Source: a virus
Taxonomy: Duplodnaviria > Caudoviricetes
Direction: 5' to 3' (one strand)
IMG/VR virus record: IMGVR_UViG_3300049919_000118
Coordinates: 1,262 to 65,261 of that record
Length of the DNA: 64,000 nucleotides
The position numbers were made by a program, and so were the translations under genes. Shown here piece after piece: positions 1-9,213 of the stretch. The notes below the pieces were generated by a model. That model worked only from the letters and a program-made list of their open reading frames with translations. It had not been told where the DNA came from and made no database searches. Positions within the stretch are counted from its first letter, which is position 1. The number at the start of each line of letters is the position of its first letter.

Positions 1-1007
1 GGGAGCAATGCAATAAGAGGGGACTAGGTAGAGTTAGGTTTTTTTTGAGCAATCGCCGAAAGGATGAAATGAGTCAGGCGGAAACATGAGTGGAGACAAA
101 CCCTCATGGCTGGTCGTATCGGACAATCGCAGGCATTAGCGAGAGCTAACGCCGCGCAACCAGCATGGTTGCGATGGCAACGATTGACGGCACGGTATTA
201 GTCGCGATGCGCGCGAAATTGACAAGGTCATTATTAACACCATGCAATAGCATGGCTAAAACAGCACACTGACAACGGTCATCAGGCTAGGTGATAGGAT
301 CAAAAAAACAAATCAAAACCTCATGAAGGCGGATGGTAAACATGGGGCGGATAAATAATATTATCCATCGCATTAGTAGCTATTGCGCGTCACCTATTGG
401 CCGCCGTAAAATTAACCCGTCAATCTAATTAGTGGGTTAATGAGTAACGGACAAAGCGGCCATTAGCTCGAAATTGCGTTGTGATTTTGTAATTAGGTTT
501 TTGTTTAGATCTTTGAAACACAAATTAAAATCTCAGGTAGAGATGAAAACGTGATGGACCTAAAGAGCGCAACAATTTTGGCAATCGTGCTAATTAGCGA
601 GTCGGTTACCCTGTAAACACGTCTAGTCAAAACAATCTGAGTTTGAATCAAATCACTCTGGTAATCATGCCGGGGTTGTCATGGCGATAGCTGATTGTGC
701 GCCCTGCGCAGCAGGGCGGGGCAAGCAAAGCTTGCTGCAAGCGGTATTTCGAGTTTGGCCTTTTTGGTCAATGGGACTCTTTACTGATTGCATCGTTGTG
801 CGCGTCACGCGTTGCTTATATACTCTCTAGGTATAGTATATGAGTTAGGTTTGATTTATACCTATCTTCTCGAGCAGGCAAGCAGGCTGACGCCCGCGCT
901 CGCTTCGCTCGTAAGAGATACCGCGTAACCTGTTCAACGGGGTGGGTTACGCGGTGTTAATTTTGGGTTAGGCGGGGATTGTGCAAACAGTCCCCGCCAT
1001 GCTCTAA

Positions 1008-1108
1008 GCGTTTCAACTCAGCGGTCAACAATATGACCGTTGGATTGTGCCGCTGTCGGTTGCAATGACGCAACCGACTGAACAAATTAGGCACTTCTTG
1101 AGATTATG
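1008..1108 (+). promoter_or_regulatory. Structured leader element, copy 1 (two adjacent stem-loops before ATG)
   Basis: gcgtttcaactcagcggtca-acaata-tgaccgttggattg, then gtgcc..gtcggttgc-aatgac-gcaaccgac..ggcac, then ttcttgagattATG; homologous to copies at ~1524 and ~2151. Confidence 0.75.
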
Positions 1109-1477
1109 ATAAAATTTATAAATTTAACCCCTCTCGCGCTGACTTGCGTTGGCGGGAGGTATATTCAAACCTTCCCCCCGAGCGGTGGGGTAGCTAGGGT
1201 GATTAACTCACCCGGAGTTTCCAGCTTCGTTGACGGCATGCCCGTTGAAGAGGCTGGAACCTCACTGTCTATTGACGGACTTCCATGCCCGCAGGAAGGT
1301 GTAATCCTTCTTGTGTCGGCGCAAGTCCGACAGGCCTTACCGCTTCGCACGGACCTTTACAGTCCGGGGGAGTTATTTAGAGATGATCAAGGGCAACTTA
1401 TTGGCTGTCGTGGATGGATAAGAAATCCATTCAGTCGCGATGCGACCGGTTTCAGCGAAGCTGAATCCACAATTTGA
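1106..1477 (+). CDS. Conserved phage hypothetical protein (NLTP..GLP..RxDL..RD.G.lIGC family)
   Basis: 123-aa ORF directly after leader copy 1; motif pattern recalled from phage hypotheticals. Confidence 0.75.
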   Translation: MIKFINLTPLALTCVGGRYIQTFPPSGGVARVINSPGVSSFVDGMPVEEAGTSLSIDGLPCPQEGVILLVSAQVRQALPLRTDLYSPGELFRDDQGQLIGCRGWIRNPFSRDATGFSEAESTI

Positions 1478-1523
1478 TTGACATTCCCCCGCCAACCTGC
1501 TTAACGGCGAGTTGGTGGGGGTA

Positions 1524-1623
1524 GCGTTTCAATTCAGCCGTCAATATTATGACGGCTGAATTGTGCCGCTGTCAGTTGCAATAACGCGACCAGCTTAACA
1601 AATTGGCACTTCTTGGAATTATG
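1524..1623 (+). promoter_or_regulatory. Structured leader element, copy 2
   Basis: caattcagccgtca-atatta-tgacggctgaattg perfect stem, then gtgcc..ggcac stem, then ATG 1621. Confidence 0.75.
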
Positions 1624-1791
1624 GTGAAGAAGATGAATGAGAAGCGGGTGGAAGCCGCTGAAAAGATAGCGGCCTTCATGGCTGAGGTTCTTGGCGCTTC
1701 TTGGGAAGTCCAAGAGGGAGACCTTGGAGACGGAATCCAAGGCGAGCCCCCGCCGCCCGCCTTGGATTTAATGGAGACAACCCCGGAATGA
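1621..1791 (+). CDS. Small acidic hypothetical protein
   Basis: ATG sits at the same position after the leader as in copies 1 and 3. Confidence 0.55.
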   Translation: MVKKMNEKRVEAAEKIAAFMAEVLGASWEVQEGDLGDGIQGEPPPPALDLMETTPE

Positions 1792-1839
1792 GTCGCGATG
1801 AGCAATCGAAGATTGCCCGGCAAGCAGAGCTTGTTGAGT

Positions 1840-1878
1840 AAACCGCTAAGATAATATTATTTTATCTTAGTGGTTTTT
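1840..1878 (+). terminator. Hairpin with T-tract; loop contains TAATATTA
   Basis: aaaccgctaagataa-tattatt-ttatcttagtggttttt. Confidence 0.5.
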
Positions 1879-1894
1879 CGTATAGTCTTCTTCA

Positions 1895-2215
1895 ATGAAA
1901 ATTAAGTTTGCTGAAGAAGACGCGCTATCCCTATCCATTAATCCATACTGGGTAGGAGTGGCAGATATTCACAAGTTTGAAGCCTTCAGAATCATTAAAG
2001 TGCGGAGGCGGTTTTTGTTGGACATGTCCAGCATGACTCCAAGCTATGTTTACTTTTCCGGTAAAGAAAAGGGGCTTAGGGTTCCTTTTGTAGGTAGGTT
2101 CCGCAAGGTGAAAGCAGTCGATCAAGCCTTTGTCGATAAGTGGTTTAAAGGCGTTTCAATTCAGTTGCCAGGCAACCGGGTTCAGCTAAGCTCAACCCGG
2201 CCGTCAACAATCTGA
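1895..2215 (+). CDS. Hypothetical protein
   Basis: 106-aa ORF in early gene run. Confidence 0.55.
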   Translation: MKIKFAEEDALSLSINPYWVGVADIHKFEAFRIIKVRRRFLLDMSSMTPSYVYFSGKEKGLRVPFVGRFRKVKAVDQAFVDKWFKGVSIQLPGNRVQLSSTRPSTI

Positions 2216-2284
2216 CAGTTGAATTGTGCCGCTTGCTTGGCAATTACGCCAAGCCTGAACAGTAAGGCACTGTCTTAGATTATG
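2151..2284 (+). promoter_or_regulatory. Structured leader element, copy 3, interrupted by a mini-hairpin insert (~2165-2199)
   Basis: gcgtttcaattcag|ttgccaggcaaccgggttcagctaagctcaacccg|gccgtca...gtgcc..gcttggc-aattac-gccaagc..ggcac..ttATG. Confidence 0.7.
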
Positions 2285-2491
2285 GTAAAATACAAAAAGG
2301 ACCAAATCGCTTACAGGATTGAATACGTAACCTATTGCATTGCTTGCGTAATGAGAAACTACCGTCGCTTGATAAAGACGGAATCTCTCTCGTTGGTGGT
2401 GAACTTCATGACCAAGCGGACTTCAGATGAAATGTCGGAAATGCTTTGGGAGCTAAGGGAACTTAAAGCTAGTCTAAAAAATGAAAGGTAA
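2282..2491 (+). CDS. Hypothetical protein
   Basis: 69-aa ORF after leader copy 3, overlapping the helicase start. Confidence 0.6.
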   Translation: MVKYKKDQIAYRIEYVTYCIACVMRNYRRLIKTESLSLVVNFMTKRTSDEMSEMLWELRELKASLKNER

Positions 2492-3902
2492 ATACAAAAA
2501 GGAACCGGAGGTGGTGAGGAATCCAAAGCTTCCCACCTATCCGCCAAGCGACGAACAAGATGCTTTCTTTTCGTCGCTTTCCCGTGGTGGAAGTCGATTG
2601 CTTTCCGCTTCTCCGGGTAGTGGAAAATCCACCACCCTAACTTGGGCAATGCAGTTAATTGGCCAAGAGAAAGCGGCCATGGTAACGTTCGGAAAAGACA
2701 TTGCGAGGGATATCGAGCCGCGTTGCCCTTCGTGGCTTGACGTTGGTACATGTTGTTCATTTGGGTATAAAGCCCTTGCGAAAAAGCACGGTAGGCTGTT
2801 CCTAAGGTTCAATCTAGTTCAGGATTCCATCATTGAGCTTTTCCCTTATCTAAACCCTTTCGAGGCGGAAGATGGAGATCGCTCCGAGATGTTCCAATCC
2901 ATGAGGGATTCAATCACCCTTATCGACAGATTGAGACTTGGCATGTTTCCCCTATCCGAATCAATCTCGTTGGTGGAAAGCTTGTCACTATCCCCATTCA
3001 ATGAAGTTCTTGGGAACTTAGATAAGATTATTTCTCTTATCCGAAAGGACCCTTCCAAGCCAGACTTTACTGGCATGATTGAGCTTCCTATTTTGCTTGG
3101 CTATGAACTCCCAAGATACGACACAGTTTATACGGATGAGTGTCAGGATTTTTCACCTTTGATGATTAAGTTTATCGAAGGCCTAAGCCCCAAGCGAGTA
3201 ATCGCAGCGGGAGATGAAGATCAAGCGATATACGGGTGGGCAGGGGCTTCCCCCACCGCAATGCAAGACATATCTTCACTTTTCGGAGCGGAGGTCATGC
3301 AGCTTAATGTATGCTACCGTTGCGGCACTGACATAGTTGCCAAGGCAAAGGAGGTGGTCGATAAGATCATTCCCTTTTCCGGTAACGGCAAGGGCGTTGT
3401 CGAGACGGTCAATAGCATTGATCTATCTATGCCAGATGGCTCAATGATCCTTTCCCGTCGGAATGCTAGGCTTGTCGCACCGTGCCTCAAGCTTATACGA
3501 AATGGCCGCAAGGCTATCATCAAAGGGCGAGATATTGGGGAGCAGATGATCCAATCTATCGGCAAACCCAAGAGCCTAGATGATCTCGTTGCCAAGTTCT
3601 CCAACCCGAAGAAAGGGCGAGAAGATGAGGCTGAATGCATCATTGAGTTTGCAAATAACTCCCCTTCCGTCACTGAGGTGATTGACAAGATCAAGGCGAT
3701 CTTCTCAGATAGCACGAAAGGTATCATCTGCTCTTCCATTCACCGTGCTAAGGGTAAGGAGGCTTCCCATATTACCATAGTTGACTACTCCAACGTCAGG
3801 ATGAAGAGAGATGGTATGTCTGAACTTGATAAGCATCAAGAGCGATGCCTTGAGTTTGTTGCTCTTACTCGACCTAAGGATAAGCTATCCCTAATCCCGT
3901 GA
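2481..3902 (+). CDS. UvrD/Rep-like SF1 DNA helicase
   Basis: Walker A PGSGKST, DECQD, GDEDQAIYGW, CYRC, SIHRAKGKE and VALTR motifs. Confidence 0.92.
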   Translation: MKGKYKKEPEVVRNPKLPTYPPSDEQDAFFSSLSRGGSRLLSASPGSGKSTTLTWAMQLIGQEKAAMVTFGKDIARDIEPRCPSWLDVGTCCSFGYKALAKKHGRLFLRFNLVQDSIIELFPYLNPFEAEDGDRSEMFQSMRDSITLIDRLRLGMFPLSESISLVESLSLSPFNEVLGNLDKIISLIRKDPSKPDFTGMIELPILLGYELPRYDTVYTDECQDFSPLMIKFIEGLSPKRVIAAGDEDQAIYGWAGASPTAMQDISSLFGAEVMQLNVCYRCGTDIVAKAKEVVDKIIPFSGNGKGVVETVNSIDLSMPDGSMILSRRNARLVAPCLKLIRNGRKAIIKGRDIGEQMIQSIGKPKSLDDLVAKFSNPKKGREDEAECIIEFANNSPSVTEVIDKIKAIFSDSTKGIICSSIHRAKGKEASHITIVDYSNVRMKRDGMSELDKHQERCLEFVALTRPKDKLSLIP

Positions 3903-4129
3903 TAATTAAAGTAAACGAACCGGGTACCTTCCCTATATCTGACTCACTCATGGCTTCTGCTGTGGATGAATCTTTATGGGTGCATGGGTATGGGCTTATA
4001 GATGGTCACTCCGTAAGGGTGGATCGTAAGGTTGTGAATAATATTATTTCTTACAGGGTAGTTGGATCTTTAATGGTCTACTCTTGTTGTGAGTTATGGT
4101 ATCCTATAGAGTATATGGACTGGCGTTAG
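3899..4129 (+). CDS. Hypothetical protein
   Basis: GTGA overlap with the helicase stop. Confidence 0.55.
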   Translation: MIIKVNEPGTFPISDSLMASAVDESLWVHGYGLIDGHSVRVDRKVVNNIISYRVVGSLMVYSCCELWYPIEYMDWR

Positions 4130-4250
4130 CCAGCCCGGTTGCGTAGTTAAGGGCAAGCCCTTGACCCGGTTGCTTAGCAACCTAGCAACTGTATTGGCGG
4201 TAGTTGGTAGGTGGGTGGGCAGGGGCTTGCGCCCCTGCTCGCTTCGCTCG
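4129..4250. repeat. Mini-hairpin cluster (GTT..AAC / AAGGGC..GCCCTT family)
   Basis: ttaagggcaagcccttga-cccg-gttgcttagcaac; gctcgcttcgctcg. Confidence 0.7.
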
Positions 4251-4323
4251 GAAGAGCATTCGGTTGAGGCTCTAGGTTTCCTAGGGCTTCGATTGTGTGC
4301 TACAACAAGCACGCTATACAAAC

Positions 4324-4785
4324 ATGAAAATCGAAAAGAGTGACTTGAAATTGGGTGAGTTGAGAGCAATGTTCCCAACTGTATGTCTTGACACGATAGC
4401 TGAAGCTATCCTCAGAGAGCTTGCTGATAAGTATGTGGATAGTAAGTATAAGTTCGATTGCGGATCATACAAAGTTCATCGAACTAACGCATGGTATATC
4501 GAAAAGGATAATTTGGAGAACCTTGTATCAGTCGAGGTTAATATCTCAGTCGAAGATAAGAAAGCCGTATACAAGAAAGCTAAAGAGCTTGGCGTCAAGC
4601 TTGGAGGTAGCTGGGAAAAGTATGGCTACGTTATGGGTGACGGATCACCGCGAACAAGTTACTCTCAGAAGGTTGAGCTTGAGGAGAACGTAATCATTAA
4701 GCTCTCCTACACAAAGAAAGAGCTTCCATCTTCAAAGTGCCGGGTAGTTGACCAAGTGAACAAGACCTTGGTGTGTGATATATAA
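4324..4785 (+). CDS. Hypothetical protein
   Basis: ORF from ATG 4324 (MKIEKSDL). Confidence 0.7.
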   Translation: MKIEKSDLKLGELRAMFPTVCLDTIAEAILRELADKYVDSKYKFDCGSYKVHRTNAWYIEKDNLENLVSVEVNISVEDKKAVYKKAKELGVKLGGSWEKYGYVMGDGSPRTSYSQKVELEENVIIKLSYTKKELPSSKCRVVDQVNKTLVCDI

Positions 4786-4958
4786 ATAGTTCTTGCTCTT
4801 CTGCCACATATATGGTAGAAGAGTGGTCGCCGCCTTCAGTTCGCCTTGGCGAGCCGGGGTTTGCGCTCGCCAACTTCACGGGTGGCGCGGATTGAAACAA
4901 ACGATTGTTTTTATTGGCGGTCCTTGGCCAAGAAAATAAAATTAACTAAAAATAGTTC

Positions 4959-4986
4959 TTGCGCTTTGCTGAATCCGTGTTAAGGT
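4959..4986 (+). promoter_or_regulatory. Sigma70-like promoter
   Basis: TTGCGC-16nt-TAAGGT with extended TG and an A-rich UP element; same aaatagttcttgc prefix at ~4784. Confidence 0.5.
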
Positions 4987-4989
4987 CTT

Positions 4990-5520
4990 CACATGTTCCG
5001 CGATACCACTGGCAATGCTGAGATGCTATCAATGGAACCGACTATCGGTTGTCATAAACCGTCGAAACAGCACCTAACTGTCCGATATTGCTTTGGTCAA
5101 AGGTGTTCCTCCGGGGGGGCTAAGCCCTGGACAATCTATAAGGCGCAGATGAAAATGAAGCCTCAGACAGTGGGAGAGCTTGGAGCTAAAAGGCCAACAT
5201 GCGTCCCGCCCCTAAGTGGAGCTAAACCACCGACAGAAAAAATAGAAGTAAATTCTTAAAAGTTTGAACCGGAATCGCCGTGGATCAAGAACCAGCGGTG
5301 GTAGAGGGTGCAGAGAAGCACTCGAAGTGACACGCTAGTAATAGCGGGCTTGGTGGAAATGAACAGTAGGGTGCGTGGGTCACTCCGGCTACTAACATTT
5401 CCAATTCCCCGAAAGGGGTGCTTGGTACTGCATCGTAAACCTCTCTTTATACGGACGGACCAATCAAGACCACTCCCAAAAGGAGTGGACTTGTGCCTGG
5501 ATGCTTCGATAACATCATTA
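4990..5520 (+). ncRNA. Candidate large structured ncRNA (family unassigned)
   Basis: Follows the promoter; no convincing CDS; many hairpins (cccc-gaaa-gggg, ccactcc-caaaa-ggagtgg, cgcta-gtaa-tagcg). Confidence 0.4.
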
Positions 5521-5569
5521 CCGGATCTACTGCCAGCCCAACCCAACCCAACCCCACCCACCCCAGCCA

Positions 5570-5760
5570 ACTCAGCGAGGCTGAACTGAGTTAGCGAAGC
5601 TAACCCGGTTGCGCAGCAACTGAGGGGAGCGGAGCGACCGAGCGAGCGGAGCGAGTGAGGGAGCGGTCCTTGACCAATTTAAATAATAGGTATAAGTTAC
5701 TTTGTAACTGGGTCAAGGGCTTGCCCTTAACTAGGTTACTTCACAACCGGGTTTCAACTT
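5570..5760. repeat. Mini-hairpin cluster and GAGC-rich repeat
   Basis: gttagc-gaa-gctaac-ccg-gttgc-gca-gcaac-tga; gagcggagcgaccgagcgagcggagcgag; gtcaagggcttgcccttaac. Confidence 0.7.
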
Positions 5761-5814
5761 AATCAAGTTGTTCACCAATCATGGTCCCCGAACCCAGAAA
5801 CCGAAAATAATATT

Positions 5815-6144
5815 ATGCTCAAGGATAGATCTCAAGTAATGGAAACTATGGACATGTTCATTCAGTTTACTTCGTCAACCGGGGCACCTTCGGTGCTTCA
5901 GTTCTCCGAGGCGAACCCGATTGAATTGGAGTTGCTAATCCTGACTGAGGACATGATAGAGAAAGCCAAAGCTTCCTGCAAAGCAAGCGGGGCCTTCACC
6001 AACTATCAATTAAGCGCGGTTGGATTGAGTTACAAGGCTCTTCCAAAAGGATGGATGAGGGGTCTTGTTGGAACACAAATAACAAGAGGGAACTACGAGA
6101 AGTTCTGCACCCCAAAAAAGAAATTCAAGCACAAGCTAAACTAA
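5815..6144 (+). CDS. Hypothetical protein with FTxxQLSxxG..KGW repeat domain
   Basis: Domain is shared with the downstream ORF. Confidence 0.75.
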   Translation: MLKDRSQVMETMDMFIQFTSSTGAPSVLQFSEANPIELELLILTEDMIEKAKASCKASGAFTNYQLSAVGLSYKALPKGWMRGLVGTQITRGNYEKFCTPKKKFKHKLN

Positions 6145-6146
6145 CC

Positions 6147-6695
6147 ATGCCCAAGATCAAATTCAACCAAGACGGCCAACCAATCGAAAATAATATTAAC
6201 CATCGGGAGCAGGCCTCATTGATTAAGCTAACTCATAAGCACGTCAACGAGATGATGAAGAATTCACGTGATGGCGGATTCTCTAGCGGGCAACTGTCAG
6301 TATTAGGGTTGACCTTCAAGGATCTAAAGAAAAAAGGATGGAGACAAATGCTTGTTGGTAAGATGGTTTCTCAGCAGGATCTTAACTTCCTGACTAAAAA
6401 GAACACGCCAAAGGTAATCCATCATAAAGAGAAAGACAACTCCCCTCTGATTGAAATGACCGCTGAACGCATTGCCTTTGCGCTCAAGTGCTGCAAAGGC
6501 AGAGCATTCACTGATCGTCAACTATCTGCCACTGCCGGAATCATTACTGATAGGCAAGGCAACAGGGGAATCCTAGGTGCATACATAACTGAAAAGAATT
6601 ATGAAATCCTATGCACACCAAAGACTTTTGCTCAATTCCGGATGGAATCCATCCGGGCGGGGGCGAACATAAAGAAAGAACCAACACCGTTCTGA
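6147..6695 (+). CDS. Hypothetical protein with two copies of the same domain
   Basis: GGFSSGQLSVLGL..KGW and AFTDRQLSA..ITEKNYEILCTPK. Confidence 0.75.
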   Translation: MPKIKFNQDGQPIENNINHREQASLIKLTHKHVNEMMKNSRDGGFSSGQLSVLGLTFKDLKKKGWRQMLVGKMVSQQDLNFLTKKNTPKVIHHKEKDNSPLIEMTAERIAFALKCCKGRAFTDRQLSATAGIITDRQGNRGILGAYITEKNYEILCTPKTFAQFRMESIRAGANIKKEPTPF

Positions 6696-6769
6696 GTTCA
6701 GCTTCGCTGAACCCGGTTCGCCTTGGCGAACTGAGCTCAGCGAAGCTGAGCCCGGTTACGAAGTAACTG
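6694..6769. repeat. Four concatenated mini-hairpins with 3-nt linkers
   Basis: gttcagc-ttc-gctgaac ccg gttcgcc-tt-ggcgaac tga gctcagc-gaa-gctgagc ccg gttac-gaa-gtaac tga. Confidence 0.85.
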
Positions 6770-6787
6770 AACAACAATAACAACAAC

Positions 6788-7108
6788 ATGAAATACAAAT
6801 GGCCTAAGAGAATAGAAGAGATCAACAGTAAGCGCCAAGGAGACGTGTTCTCTTGGCCGCCGGAAACAACAACGCAAACACTGAGTCAAGGGCAAGCCCT
6901 TGATCCGGTTGCGCAGCAACTGAAGGGGCGAAGGCTCCTTTCAGAGAAGAACGTTGAGACGTTATGCAAAGCAAGGGGAATGGTTGATGACCTCATTGAC
7001 GTGTCAGCGGTAGCGCTGATGGTAATTGTGTTCTGCGTGATTACATCATGCATAGCGGCCTTCTGCTTAACAGCAGTCAACTGGTTTGTAACCCAAATCC
7101 TACAATAA
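6788..7108 (+). CDS. Hypothetical membrane protein containing an in-frame hairpin insert (6883-6923)
   Basis: C-terminal hydrophobic helix; hairpin pair translated as LSQGQALDPVAQQL. Confidence 0.6.
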   Translation: MKYKWPKRIEEINSKRQGDVFSWPPETTTQTLSQGQALDPVAQQLKGRRLLSEKNVETLCKARGMVDDLIDVSAVALMVIVFCVITSCIAAFCLTAVNWFVTQILQ

Positions 7109-7112
7109 AATT

Positions 7113-7310
7113 ATGCAAGACGACAGCGAGGTTGAAGAGGAACCGAGATACAGCATCAAAAGATTCTACCATCCCGACCTAGATAGAAGGAACAGGATAA
7201 TTAAGCGCGGCCTCACGCTCGAGGAAGCTCAAGAGCATTGCTCCGATCCAAAGACCGCAAAGGAAGGGGTATACTTCGATGGCTATGAAAAACAATCAAC
7301 TAACATTTGA
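7113..7310 (+). CDS. Conserved small phage protein
   Basis: GLTLEEAQEHCSDP..FDGY motif. Confidence 0.75.
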   Translation: MQDDSEVEEEPRYSIKRFYHPDLDRRNRIIKRGLTLEEAQEHCSDPKTAKEGVYFDGYEKQSTNI

Positions 7311-7557
7311 AGAGGCTAAGAGACAGTATATCCACCGCTTCACCATGGAACACGTTCCTCAGTGGGCAAGGGAGCCAGCGCCCAACGGCCTATACTACAA
7401 GCCCCAACACGCATCGGATCAAGAGTGGTATGACTCTATCTGGTATGACGAATTCTCATACTCACAAATCAACACATCTCCAACTTGGCCTTTAGGAAAA
7501 GGCTTCTCAGAAACACCCTATGAAAACTGCAATACCATTGTTCCCCGGATTCTATGA
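7285..7557 (+). CDS. Conserved small phage protein
   Basis: HRFTMEHVPQWA..PQHASDQEW motif. Confidence 0.75.
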   Translation: MKNNQLTFEEAKRQYIHRFTMEHVPQWAREPAPNGLYYKPQHASDQEWYDSIWYDEFSYSQINTSPTWPLGKGFSETPYENCNTIVPRIL

Positions 7558-7969
7558 GACTCAACTCAGTGAATTTGCCGATGATAACGAGCTTACCAAG
7601 GCTGAAGCGTCACGAAAGTGGCTGAACGAATTATCAGGCTTGATTGAAGTGGACCTCAAGTTCATTGAGGTTATCTCCCCAAGGGAATATAACTTCATGA
7701 CTGACACTTTGATTGCTGAGATTGATCCTGCTGATTTGCATAAGATGATGAGGGAGGTTTCAGTGCCGGTCCTTGAGGGCGTTCTTGATAAGAACTTCAC
7801 ACCTCGAAGTGGATTCGTTCCATTCTTCTCCAATGACATTGAAGATTGGATTGGTATGGATATCAATGAATTGGATGATAACGAGGCGATGATATTCATT
7901 GAGGCATACATCGAAGAGCTTGACCTCACCGATGATGTTCGAGAAATTGAATACGAATTAACCTCTTGA
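7520..7969 (+). CDS. Acidic conserved phage early protein
   Basis: FPGFYET, SPREYNFMTD and FTPRSGFVPFFSND motifs; very acidic. Confidence 0.75.
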   Translation: MKTAIPLFPGFYETQLSEFADDNELTKAEASRKWLNELSGLIEVDLKFIEVISPREYNFMTDTLIAEIDPADLHKMMREVSVPVLEGVLDKNFTPRSGFVPFFSNDIEDWIGMDINELDDNEAMIFIEAYIEELDLTDDVREIEYELTS

Positions 7970-8236
7970 CAAATAAGATTATCTATGCTCCTCGAATGTG
8001 AGGCGGCCATCCCTACCATAGAGAAGGCTTGGCGATACAAGCCAAGCCTGAGCAATCCTCGTGCGATTAAACGATGGTTGCCAATAATTAACTTTGTTAA
8101 TTTCAGTCGCCTTGCGACTAATAGCTATCGAAACACGCCTCGCCTTCCAAGAAGCGGAAATACCAAGACTTGCTTGGCGAGGCATTGCGTTTAAAAATCT
8201 AACTGAAATACTTCAAACATCTATCAGAAATCTATC

Positions 8237-8917
8237 ATGAAAATTTTATTAAAATTCACAAGAAGCAAGCAAGGCGTAGCTGAAAGCGGCTACACCATCG
8301 AAGATGGCGGGGCAAGTAAAGCTTGCTACACCAAGCAAGCTTTCTCTTGCTACATGCACACAGAGGTTGAGTCCGTTGACTCATACGTCACAGACGAGCA
8401 CCGCCCCATCCTCGAGGCTATCGCCTACCCGATATACGTTCACAAATCAACGGTGTATCACAGAATGTGGGTGTGCTCAGACTCCAAAGGGGGGCTGAGT
8501 ATTCCGGGGTCTTTGGCGACAAGTAAAGAACAGTCAGTATATCAGGCGATCAAGCGAATCCTTGGTGTAGGGATTGAAAAGTATAACTCATTGACAGCCA
8601 ATCTGTTACCAATTCCTGAAGGGGAATACGAAACATTTGAATTCAAGACTGAAAAAGAAGAGTCGGTAAACGAAATAGTAAAGCGCTACGACATCCCCAA
8701 TCTGAGGGATGAGATAAATAATATTATCGACGATGAGGGGCATCTAATCGAGAACCCGGAAAAGTTGAAAGGTGTTTCACTTGCGGTATGGTGTGCCTTG
8801 AATTTGGGTGATAGGGCGAAGGCAGCATCACTGCTTATGCAAATGAGTCCAAAGGAAAGAGACATCGCCTTAGCGATTGCTGAAATAGAACCAATAGAAG
8901 GGATACACAGACAATGA
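8237..8917 (+). CDS. Hypothetical protein
   Basis: 226-aa ORF. Confidence 0.75.
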   Translation: MKILLKFTRSKQGVAESGYTIEDGGASKACYTKQAFSCYMHTEVESVDSYVTDEHRPILEAIAYPIYVHKSTVYHRMWVCSDSKGGLSIPGSLATSKEQSVYQAIKRILGVGIEKYNSLTANLLPIPEGEYETFEFKTEKEESVNEIVKRYDIPNLRDEINNIIDDEGHLIENPEKLKGVSLAVWCALNLGDRAKAASLLMQMSPKERDIALAIAEIEPIEGIHRQ

Positions 8918-9213
8918 TAAAATCAAAATCAAAAAGAGTTAAGGTTGGATATGTCCACACTGAACATGATGGAAAACAAAGAATCCAAGAACTCAGATTC
9001 GATAGGCCTACGTGCTACGAAGGAGAGCTACTTGGCTTCGGAGTCCAAGGCGAAGATTCAGAAATGTTCTGCTTCGCATTAGTAAGGAAGGATGATGGGA
9101 CTTACGATACTCCGTCAGTATGTTGTGTTGAGGACTTGTCCTTGACCTGCCAAGAGCAGCTTGGTGCATTAAAGACTCTATACGGTATAGTCCTTAACCC
9201 GCCCTACGCTTAA
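8914..9213 (+). CDS. Hypothetical protein
   Basis: ATGA-coupled 99-aa ORF. Confidence 0.7.
   Translation: MIKSKSKRVKVGYVHTEHDGKQRIQELRFDRPTCYEGELLGFGVQGEDSEMFCFALVRKDDGTYDTPSVCCVEDLSLTCQEQLGALKTLYGIVLNPPYA

Noticed and set aside
4993-5589. ORFs 4993-5259, 5308-5589 and 5256-5570 as proteins
   Set aside because: Atypical composition; they run through hairpins and the C-rich tract
8000-8130. tmRNA fragment or HDV-like ribozyme
   Set aside because: The tag-like frame stops immediately (GCC AAT AAT TAA) and there are no tRNA-like ends; HDV P3/P1 spacing and P1.1/J4-2 elements do not fit
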